Below are positions 42,696-50,473 of a stretch of 64,000 nt of DNA, in pieces. This stretch comes from an uncultured Desulfarculus sp. (GTDB lineage: Bacteria > Desulfobacterota > Desulfarculia > Desulfarculales > Desulfarculaceae): assembly GCA_963665125.2 (NCBI GenBank), contig CAXXUK010000001.1:192001-256000 (forward strand). Reading direction: 5' to 3'. The position numbers and the translations under genes are program-made. Numbering within the stretch: position 1 is the first letter of the stretch; every line of letters begins with the position of its first letter. Under the pieces are notes generated by a model that had not been told where the DNA came from, did not search any database, and worked only from the letters and a program-made list of their open reading frames with translations.

Positions 42696-44060
42696 ATGCC
42701 GCGATACGCCTCCTTTGCCGCAATGCTCTTGACCGTCTGCGCCCTGTTGCTCTTGGCGGCCTCGGCCCCGGCCGCCTTGTCTCAAACCGCCGATACCGGC
42801 GAAGCAGTCTCCGATTCGGACCCGGCCGCGCGTCTGGCCAAGGTGCTGGAGACTGAACAGCTGTTGGATGAAGAACTCCGGCGCCTGGCCTTGGATGCGG
42901 GGCAGGGGGTCAACTTCACCTTGGCCGCCGGTCAGGGGCTGAGGAACGAGATCCTCTGGAAACTGGTGGATTTCTACCGCACCGCCCTTGCGGAAGACCC
43001 GGCCAACCCCCTGGCGGCAGCCGGACTGGCCAGGGTGCTGGCGGCCCTGGGCAGGGGCGACGAGGCCGTGGCCGCCTATGAACGCGCTCTGGCTTTGAGC
43101 CCCGGCGATCAGCGGCTGACGGCCGAGATGGAGTCCCTGCGCCTGTCCCGGGCCAGCCGCCTGCGCGCCGGGTTTTACCATGGCGTCAACCGCGAGTATT
43201 GGCCGTCATATGGGCGACACGTGTACAAGGTCCACGAGACCACCTGGCAGTTGCAGGCCGACACGCCGGTGGGACAGTTTTGGCGGCTGGGCGCCGGGTA
43301 TTTGCAGGGCCGCTTGCGCCAGGAGAGCCTGTTCTACGGCGACGATGACTTTGACCTGAGCCGCAGCGGTGTTTTCATCACCGGCCAATACCGGCCCCGG
43401 CCCGATTTGAACCTGCGCTTCAGGCTGCGGCGCGAGACCTTCAGCAACGACAACGGAAGCTCCTATTACCAGATGCCCGACGACCAGGACCTGTGGACGG
43501 GTTACGGGTTGTTGCAATATTCCGCCGGGCCATGGTGGGCCAACCTGAGCGCCAGCCGCGAGCGCGACACCTGGCCCATGGTGGACGCCAACACCGGCAG
43601 GGGTGTGCTGCGCCTGGAGGCCCAGGAGCTCTACGGCCTGGCCGCCGGGCGTTCGCTGGGCCTGGGCTGGGAGGCCAACGCCAGCGTTTTTTACGAGCAG
43701 TACGGCAGCGATCGGCCCGAGCAGATCAACATCAACGGCCAGGTGCTGCACCGGCCCGCCTGGCTGCCGGAACTGCGGATCGGCCTTGGCGTGGGTCACT
43801 ACACCGAAGAGCCCGAGACTCTCTACAACTGGCTGACCGGCTGGCAGTGGGCGCCGCTAAAGGGCCTGGCCGTGGATTTATCGTGGCAGTGGGAATACTC
43901 CCAAAAGGAATCCAGCATCCTGGGCCTGGGATCGGCTCTGGTTTCCTGGCAAATCACGCCCGCCGTGGGGTTGACCTGCGTGACGTCCTACGGCCAGGAG
44001 TACAACGGAGACCGTGACGAGTGGTGGTCGGTGGATCTGGGCCTGGAACTGCGGTTCTGA
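42696..44060 (+). CDS. Putative outer-membrane protein: signal peptide + TPR + beta-barrel
   Basis: TPR pattern LARVLAALGRGDEAVAAYERALALSP; alternating aromatic-rich beta strands; ends LGLELRF (C-terminal Phe). Confidence 0.75.
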   Translation: MPRYASFAAMLLTVCALLLLAASAPAALSQTADTGEAVSDSDPAARLAKVLETEQLLDEELRRLALDAGQGVNFTLAAGQGLRNEILWKLVDFYRTALAEDPANPLAAAGLARVLAALGRGDEAVAAYERALALSPGDQRLTAEMESLRLSRASRLRAGFYHGVNREYWPSYGRHVYKVHETTWQLQADTPVGQFWRLGAGYLQGRLRQESLFYGDDDFDLSRSGVFITGQYRPRPDLNLRFRLRRETFSNDNGSSYYQMPDDQDLWTGYGLLQYSAGPWWANLSASRERDTWPMVDANTGRGVLRLEAQELYGLAAGRSLGLGWEANASVFYEQYGSDRPEQININGQVLHRPAWLPELRIGLGVGHYTEEPETLYNWLTGWQWAPLKGLAVDLSWQWEYSQKESSILGLGSALVSWQITPAVGLTCVTSYGQEYNGDRDEWWSVDLGLELRF

Positions 44061-44185
44061 GCGAAAGCCACCGCCCTGGCAAATCAGTGTCTGGACAGGA
44101 TGAATGCGTCGACCTGCCCCCGACACCCGGTCCATTTCTGAATTAAGCAAATCGACGGAGCCCCTTCGTTAAAGCACCAGTCGCG

Positions 44186-44222
44186 AAAAAACCGCGGCCA
44201 GGAAGGGGCGGCCTGACCGCGG
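44186..44222 (-). terminator. Intrinsic terminator of the dsrE2-tusA-M/K-like operon
   Basis: CCGCGGTCAGG...CCTGGCCGCGG stem followed by TTTTTT on the minus strand, about 35 nt after the stop. Confidence 0.75.
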
Positions 44223-44256
44223 CAAACATACCCATGGAGGATCGGGTAATGGCGAA

Positions 44257-45510
44257 TTAGGCGGATTGCACCAGAGCCTGGGCAACCACATTGGAAAGAA
44301 ACTCGACCTGGCAGCCCAACTCGTAATGGTGGTTGAGCTTCTCCAACTGCGTGTGGCAGTTTTCGCAGGCCGTGACCAGCACCGTGGCTCCTGTGGCCTT
44401 GACCTGGTCGGCCTTGACCTTGGCCGATTTCATCAGCCAGTCCGGGTCGGCCACCACGCCCAGGCCGCCGCCGCCGCCGCAACACCAGTTGGCCTGGCGG
44501 TTTGGCGTCATCTCGGTGAAGTCCTTGGTGAGCTGGTTGATGAGGTAACGCGGCTGCTCGTAGATGCCGCCGTTGCGGGCGATCTGACAGGGGTCGTGAT
44601 ACGTCACCTTGCCCTTGATCTTATTGGGGTCCAGCTTGATGCGGCCTTCTTTCACATAGCGCTCCATCAGCTCCACGAAGGTGATGACCTTGAACGGATG
44701 CTCGCCGGTCATATGTTTCATCACGCGGTAGGCCGTGCCGCATTCGCAGATCACGACTTCCTTGATGTTGAGCTTGATGGCCTCGTTGATTATGCGGTCG
44801 GCGATCTTTTTGGTGGCAACCGGGTTGCCCACGAAAGCGCCGAAGTTGACTGCTTCGTAATAACTCAGCGACCATTTTTCACCGGCGGCGTTCATGATCG
44901 CCGCGGCCGGAATGATCGAATGCTTGCCGGCCAGGGCCACATAGAGTACGTCGGCGTCGGCGACCTCCATGGGCACTACCTTGTCGCCGCCTTCATGACG
45001 CCACATCTCGATGACCTCGGCCTCGAGGTTGCCGACGGCCTGGGCAAAGCTGTCCTTGGTATTATCAATGTTCTCGCCCTTCATGATCGACATGTCGGCG
45101 AGCATGGAAAGCTCTTCGGGCTCCTTTTCGGCGCCGATGAGCAGGCCCTTGGCGATTCCCTGGATCACCTGGGTGTCGATGCCGAACGGGCAGTAGGTCA
45201 TGCAGCGGCGGCAGCCCGTGCAGGTGAAGGCCGTCTCGTAGATTTTTTCCATCCAGTGGTCGTCAAGCTCCTGGGCCTCGTTGAGCCAGGGCGCGGCCTT
45301 GCCGGATTTCTTGAAATATTTTTCGTAGACCCGCCGCACGTTCTGGGCGCGGCCCACCGCGCTGTGGCGGGTTTCCGGGGCCGAGGCGTAGGCGTGGCAG
45401 GCCTCGATGCACACGCCGCAGCGGGTGCAGTTGTCCAGGTACATTCTCGCCGCCTGGGTCAGCTTGCCCTCGAAAATATCGATGAGTTCTTTTTTGAGCT
45501 TCTGATCCAT
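44257..45510 (-). CDS. DsrK/HdrD/TmcB-like Fe-S oxidoreductase with CCG domain
   Basis: CTRCGVCIEACH, CTGCRRCMTYCP, YHDPC, WCCGGGGG, ACENC. Confidence 0.87.
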   Translation of the reverse strand: MDQKLKKELIDIFEGKLTQAARMYLDNCTRCGVCIEACHAYASAPETRHSAVGRAQNVRRVYEKYFKKSGKAAPWLNEAQELDDHWMEKIYETAFTCTGCRRCMTYCPFGIDTQVIQGIAKGLLIGAEKEPEELSMLADMSIMKGENIDNTKDSFAQAVGNLEAEVIEMWRHEGGDKVVPMEVADADVLYVALAGKHSIIPAAAIMNAAGEKWSLSYYEAVNFGAFVGNPVATKKIADRIINEAIKLNIKEVVICECGTAYRVMKHMTGEHPFKVITFVELMERYVKEGRIKLDPNKIKGKVTYHDPCQIARNGGIYEQPRYLINQLTKDFTEMTPNRQANWCCGGGGGLGVVADPDWLMKSAKVKADQVKATGATVLVTACENCHTQLEKLNHHYELGCQVEFLSNVVAQALVQSA

Positions 45511-45512
45511 GA

Positions 45513-46226
45513 TCAACCCCTCCTGACCTTGTTGAGAGGCACGGCGAAAAACGTGTGCATGATTTTGCTGAACGGCAGCACCAGCAGGAACAGGTTGGCC
45601 AAAAACACGTGGGTGACCAGCACCACGTAGTGGCCGCCGTCGAGGATATCCACCGGGTCGGCGAAGCTAAGGTGCATCAACCCGTTGAGATAGGCCCCGA
45701 AGTCTTGTTTGCTCAGGACAAAGCCGTTTTCCGACCAGGAGTTGGCCCAGCTGATGATGTCCCCGCTGATCAGGATCAGAAACAGCAGGAACAGCAGCAG
45801 GTAGTCCGACGGCACGCTGAGTTCGCGCACCGGGGCGCGGAAACGCCGGAACAGCAGATACAACAGCGACAAGGTGACCACCACGCCCACCGCGCCGTTG
45901 CCGAGCATATGCACCGAGTCCTCGGGCATGATGTTGATCTGCGGCAGCATATCCAGATGGGATATGATCAGCAACAAGATGCCTATGTGGAAAAGCATCA
46001 GGGCAAGCCACAGCAGGGGCTTGTGTTTACGGACCGTGGGCAGGGTAAAGGCGTCGGCCACGGCGGCCCAGAGTGTCTTGTTTGTCTCCGGGAATATCTT
46101 CAAAGTGAAAGGCTGCTTTGGCGCCTTCAGGATGGAGACGATTTTTATTCCGATCCCCGTGATGCACCAGGCGAACGCGAAGTACACCATGGGTACGGTT
46201 ATGAAATAGAAGATCTGGTCCACCAT
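45513..46226 (-). CDS. NarI/DsrM/HdrE-like di-heme b membrane subunit
   Basis: About 5 TM; FHIG..ISH and THVF...LPFSKIMH histidine pattern. Confidence 0.85.
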   Translation of the reverse strand: MVDQIFYFITVPMVYFAFAWCITGIGIKIVSILKAPKQPFTLKIFPETNKTLWAAVADAFTLPTVRKHKPLLWLALMLFHIGILLLIISHLDMLPQINIMPEDSVHMLGNGAVGVVVTLSLLYLLFRRFRAPVRELSVPSDYLLLFLLFLILISGDIISWANSWSENGFVLSKQDFGAYLNGLMHLSFADPVDILDGGHYVVLVTHVFLANLFLLVLPFSKIMHTFFAVPLNKVRRG

Positions 46227-46245
46227 GGCCGAACCTCCACTGGCG

Positions 46246-46485
46246 CTACTTTTGGCGTTTTACGTACAGCCTGATTACGCTGCCGTCCTGTTCGCTGCCC
46301 AGGAACTCGTTGCCGGAGCTCTTGGCCCAGGCCGGGATGTCCGACAGCGAACCGGGGTCGGTGCTCAGCACTTCGATTACCTGGCCGACGTTGACAGTCT
46401 TGATTTCCTTGCTCATTTTGACCACGGGCATGGGGCAGGCCAGGCCCTTGAAGTCGGCCACTTTATCCACTGCGAAATCAGCCAT
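46246..46485 (-). CDS. tusA: TusA-family sulfurtransferase
   Basis: DFKGLACPMPVV, STDPGS..DIPAW. Confidence 0.92.
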   Translation of the reverse strand: MADFAVDKVADFKGLACPMPVVKMSKEIKTVNVGQVIEVLSTDPGSLSDIPAWAKSSGNEFLGSEQDGSVIRLYVKRQK

Positions 46486-46496
46486 TTTTGTCTCCT

Positions 46497-47072
46497 TTAG
46501 ATAAAGAGTTGGATGGAAGAGTCCATGGCGTGATCCAGGAAGGTGGCCACGCCAACGTATTCGATATTGGGGTAGTCGATCATTTCTTCGTGCTTGAGGC
46601 CCATCAGGTCCATCGACATTTCACAAACGTAGATCTTAACGTCGAGTTCGGCAGCGGCCTCGAACAGCAGATCCAGGGTGGGGGCGTTCTTTTTCTTCAT
46701 CAGGCCCTTCATCATCGAAGTGCCCATGCCGCCCATGTTCATTTTGGAGAGCTTGGTCTTGTTGCGGCCGTTGGGCAGCATCCAGCCGAACATCTTGGAC
46801 ATGAAGTCCTTGCCTCCGACCTTTTTCTTGGGATCGCGCAGGGCGGCGGTACCCCAGAAGGTGAAGAACATCACCGCTTCCATGCCCATGGCCACGGAAC
46901 CGGTGGCGATGATCATCGAGGCCAGCAATTTGTCCATGTCGCCGCTGAATGCGATCATCGAAATCTTGTCGGCCTTGCCCGGCTTCATCTGAGCCATCTT
47001 TTCCTTCAGATCGGCCAGTTGAGCCTGCATTTCTTCTTGGGCCATGGGATTGGCCGTTTTTTCACTGGTCAT
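46497..47072 (-). CDS. DsrE2-like (DsrE/DsrF/DrsH family) sulfur-relay protein
   Basis: FSGDMDK, MFFTFWG, LSKMNMGGMG, YVCEMSMDLMG, VGVATFL. Confidence 0.9.
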   Translation of the reverse strand: MTSEKTANPMAQEEMQAQLADLKEKMAQMKPGKADKISMIAFSGDMDKLLASMIIATGSVAMGMEAVMFFTFWGTAALRDPKKKVGGKDFMSKMFGWMLPNGRNKTKLSKMNMGGMGTSMMKGLMKKKNAPTLDLLFEAAAELDVKIYVCEMSMDLMGLKHEEMIDYPNIEYVGVATFLDHAMDSSIQLFI

Positions 47073-47121
47073 ACGTAGCTCCTGTCAAGGTTATGTCCCA
47101 CCTAGCCAATTACTATAAAGC

Positions 47122-47139
47122 ATACTATTTTAGTAGTAT
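47122..47139. promoter_or_regulatory. Candidate operator upstream of the dsrE2-like gene
   Basis: ATACTA-N6-TAGTAT inverted repeat 50 nt upstream of the start. Confidence 0.4.
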
Positions 47140-47227
47140 ATAAGTCTGTTTTGGTGCGTCCGATTCTCAAAGTTTAAAAAACCTTTTTATGAGTTCTTTG
47201 GGGAACGTCCTTAAAGCCGCTAAGGCC

Positions 47228-47707
47228 TTATATCATCTGCTCTTTTACGGTCTGCATGGCGTTGCGCAAATTATCCAGCGCGGCCAGCACGTCCTTGCGC
47301 TCCTGCGGGTCGAGTTGGCCGAGAATGCGTAAGGGCATCTTTTCGACAAAGGATGCTATCTCCTTGTGCTTGCGCCTGCCCTCGGCCGTGAGGCTCAGTA
47401 AAACAACCCGGGCGTCTTTTGGGTCGTGGGTCCTTTCCACCAGGCCTTTTTGAACCAGACCGTCAACAATGATCGTCACCCTGCTTTTGGCAACTTCCAT
47501 GCTCTGGCTTATGCCCTTGGTCGTCAGATAGCGGTCCTGCCCGAACAGCATTAGGCATTTGAGCTCGGCCTGGGGCAGCCCGAAAGACTTGCACTGGAAA
47601 AGCATTCTGTCCTGACAGCAGTCCATGATTGCGCCGACCAGGTCTTCCAGCCTTTGGGCCTGGAGAGTCAACAAGCCCTCCGTGGTATGTTCAGTAGTGT
47701 CGTTCAT
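47228..47707 (-). CDS. MarR-family transcriptional regulator (Cys-rich N-terminus)
   Basis: KSRVTIIVDGLVQKGLVERTHDPKDARVVLLSLTAEG. Confidence 0.92.
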   Translation of the reverse strand: MNDTTEHTTEGLLTLQAQRLEDLVGAIMDCCQDRMLFQCKSFGLPQAELKCLMLFGQDRYLTTKGISQSMEVAKSRVTIIVDGLVQKGLVERTHDPKDARVVLLSLTAEGRRKHKEIASFVEKMPLRILGQLDPQERKDVLAALDNLRNAMQTVKEQMI

Positions 47708-47918
47708 ATTATTAACTATTTAAGGCCTATGCAGTGTTTAGTCAAGTATTTTTATCATATAAAAATAATATGAAATAAATGATAATGCTTGTTAAAACGA
47801 TATAATATGATAATCGTACCGTCAGCCGAGCTTAATTCAAACAGAATAATAGTATTAACATAAACATGTGTTATGGGGCAGTGCCGGAGAAAGCCTACCA
47901 AAATGGTAAAGATTAAAC

Positions 47919-47953
47919 TTGACAAAAATAATATATATAAATATTTATATAAT
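47919..47953 (+). promoter_or_regulatory. Sigma70-type promoter with overlapping 18-bp perfect palindrome (candidate ArsR operator)
   Basis: TTGACA at 47919-47924; TATATAAATATTTATATA at 47934-47951. Confidence 0.6.
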
Positions 47954-47976
47954 TATACGCAGAGTCAAGGAGCGGC

Positions 47977-48300
47977 ATGGACGAGCGGTTTCTGCAGGAA
48001 GCGGCCGAGATGCTCAAGGTCATGGGCCATCCGGTAAGGATAAAAATCGCTCAGAGCCTCGAGGCCGGTGAACTCAAAGTGGGCGATATCGCCAAGGCGT
48101 TGGGGCTCACCCAATCGGTCACCTCCCAACATTTGAAAGCCATGCGGGTCAGAGGGCTGCTCAGCGCCCGCCGCAAGGCGGCCTGCGTTTTTTATTCGAT
48201 CGAGCGTCCGGAAATTTACAAAATCATTGATTGCATTCGCGAAAGCTCCCGGCGGTATGGGGAGAACGATGAGCCTGTTGACACCTTGGGCCGGAGTTGA
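47977..48300 (+). CDS. ArsR/SmtB-family transcriptional regulator
   Basis: LKVMGHPVRIKI, GELKVGDI, QSVTSQHL, VFYSI. Confidence 0.92.
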   Translation: MDERFLQEAAEMLKVMGHPVRIKIAQSLEAGELKVGDIAKALGLTQSVTSQHLKAMRVRGLLSARRKAACVFYSIERPEIYKIIDCIRESSRRYGENDEPVDTLGRS

Positions 48301-48529
48301 GGCGCACCCGGTTAACGGTTTTTGTCCTCCTCCGGCTTCGGGTCTTGAATACACTGGTCGGCCACTGACGGGGTGGTCCGGGAGAAAAAGAGATCCATCG
48401 CCTCTACTCAATCTGTTGCCCGACCCGTCCAGGGCCAGCGAGCACAGTTGGGTCTCGCACAACCAAACGCCTCACCGGTGGAGAAGGCGGTAGGGCGGTA
48501 TCAACAATGAAGAGGGAAAGGGTATCGTA

Positions 48530-49786
48530 ATGAAAAAAATCGTTTACCTGGTGTTTGCGTTGAGTTTGGTAGCGGCGCTGCCTGGTGTCAGCCAAGCCAC
48601 CAACGGCATGAACATGATTGGCATCGGCGCCGTCTCTTCGGGCATGGGCGGGGCGGATGCCGCGGTGCCCGCTGGCTGCACGGCCGTGGCCGGCAACCCG
48701 GCCAACCTTGCCACCACCTGTAGCCAGGTGGTGTCTGTGGGCACCTCCGTTCTGATGCCTAGCATGAGCGTCACCATGGCTGGAGCCGGTGAGGTAGACA
48801 ACGAAAACCAAATGTTTTTCCTGCCGTTTTTCGGTTACGCCCAGCGTGTGGGCGATACACCGTGGGCCCTCGGCATTGGCGTGTTCGCCCAGGGTGGAAT
48901 GGGTGTCGATTTCCGCAACGTGCCCAATTTCATGGGCGCCGCGGACAGTCTGTATTCCCAGATCGCCTTTTTGCGCGTGGCCCCCACGGCTTCCTATAAT
49001 GTGAGCGAAAAGTTTCGCCTGGGCGCCACGTTGTTTCTGGGCTACGCCACCATGGACTACGAGTTTTTCCCCAACATGATGCAGGGCCAGGATGTAACCG
49101 GCTTGTCGTCCTACACTTTTGCCGGACGCATCGGCGCAACCTATGACATCAACGACCAATGGTCGGTGGGCCTGACCTACACCAGCGAAAGCGCCCTGGA
49201 CTTTGAAGACGGCACCATGAAGCTCAATATGGGGCCTGGCATGGGCGTGGTAACCTACAACGATGTTTCCATGGACAACTTCACCTGGCCCCAGCAGGTC
49301 GAGGCGGGTGTCTCCTGGCGACCTGCCGAAAAGTGGCTTTTGGCCTTTGACGTTTCCTGGGTCAACTGGTCCAACGCGATTGAAAAGGTGACGGTGCGGG
49401 CCACCAACCCCAACGTTCCCCTGCCCGTGGGCTACAACACCATCAGCGTGCCTTTTGAGATGAATTGGGACGACCAGTTCGTCTTCGCCCTGGGCGCCCA
49501 GTATGAAATCAACGATATGTGGGCAGTGCGCGCCGGTTACAACTACGGCAAAAACCCCGTCCCAGACGAGAACCTTAACCCGCTGTTCCCCGCCATCGTC
49601 GAGCACCACCTCACCGCCGGATTCTCCTGGAAATACAGCAACTGGGACTTTGACTTCGCCTATGAGTACGCCTTCAGCAACGACCAGACAAACACGGGCG
49701 CCCCTTCGTCAACAAACCCATTCGCGGGCACTGAAGTGTCGCATTACCAGAATTCCCTGCACTTCATGCTCAGCTACCGGTTCTAG
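48530..49786 (+). CDS. FadL/OmpP1/TodX-family outer-membrane channel
   Basis: Signal peptide; TNG...GMGGA...NPA hatch motif; RAGYNY; C-terminal YRF. Confidence 0.88.
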   Translation: MKKIVYLVFALSLVAALPGVSQATNGMNMIGIGAVSSGMGGADAAVPAGCTAVAGNPANLATTCSQVVSVGTSVLMPSMSVTMAGAGEVDNENQMFFLPFFGYAQRVGDTPWALGIGVFAQGGMGVDFRNVPNFMGAADSLYSQIAFLRVAPTASYNVSEKFRLGATLFLGYATMDYEFFPNMMQGQDVTGLSSYTFAGRIGATYDINDQWSVGLTYTSESALDFEDGTMKLNMGPGMGVVTYNDVSMDNFTWPQQVEAGVSWRPAEKWLLAFDVSWVNWSNAIEKVTVRATNPNVPLPVGYNTISVPFEMNWDDQFVFALGAQYEINDMWAVRAGYNYGKNPVPDENLNPLFPAIVEHHLTAGFSWKYSNWDFDFAYEYAFSNDQTNTGAPSSTNPFAGTEVSHYQNSLHFMLSYRF

Positions 49787-49798
49787 GAAAGAAGAGAC

Positions 49799-50269
49799 AT
49801 GTTGTTGAAAAAAATAATGTGTCTCGCGGCTACGGTCGGGCTGCTCTGGAGCCTGGGGTCAACCCAGGCACAGGCGGCTGCGGCCGGCGTTGCCTGGCAA
49901 GGCTACGCCCAGGCCCTTGAGATGCAAAAGGTCTCCGGTAAGCCAGTCATGTTGTATTTCTCCATACCGTATTGCTACCGGTGCAAAAAAATGGAACAAG
50001 GCGCCTATAAAAACCCCGGGGTTTTGGCTGCCATCAAACAGGAATTCATTCCGGTGTTGGTGAACCTGACCGTTGAAGCCGACAAACCGGTGGGTAAACA
50101 ATTCGGCGTCAGCTATACGCCGACCCACTTGTTCCTGGAGCCCGGTGGCAAGCAGGTTTATCTGCTCAAAGGTGTTGCGGGGTCGGAGCGCTTTTTAAAG
50201 GTGCTCGACTATGTCTCGAGCGGGGCCTACCGCAAAATGGATTTTGAAAGCTACGAAGAGGAGGACTAG
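49799..50269 (+). CDS. Exported thioredoxin-fold protein (SoxW-like)
   Basis: Signal peptide; KPVMLYF..YCYRCKKM (CxxC); YTPT cis-Pro loop. Confidence 0.85.
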   Translation: MLLKKIMCLAATVGLLWSLGSTQAQAAAAGVAWQGYAQALEMQKVSGKPVMLYFSIPYCYRCKKMEQGAYKNPGVLAAIKQEFIPVLVNLTVEADKPVGKQFGVSYTPTHLFLEPGGKQVYLLKGVAGSERFLKVLDYVSSGAYRKMDFESYEEED

Positions 50270-50473
50270 GCGGGACCAAATTTTTGGGAGGTAAAACATG
50301 GTCCTGGCGGAACCCTTGGGCCTTCCTGTTCCTTTGTCGCCAATTCCGTGCGCCGGGGCAAGAGCGGATGCGTCGCCTCCTTGGTTTGGCCGTCATGAAA
50401 ATAGACACACCGGCCCTTGAAAATACCGCATGACCCAAGTCAATTTCCGCAGGCCGGTGTTTTAATTTAGTCT

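Noticed and set aside
44257..46226. Naming the pair dsrMK or narI
   Set aside because: No dsrJOP or narGH in context and the K-like protein is short; only family-level assignment is supportable.
48301..48529. Riboswitch in the arsR-fadL spacer
   Set aside because: Some short stems are present but no known aptamer consensus, and they are expected at this GC content.
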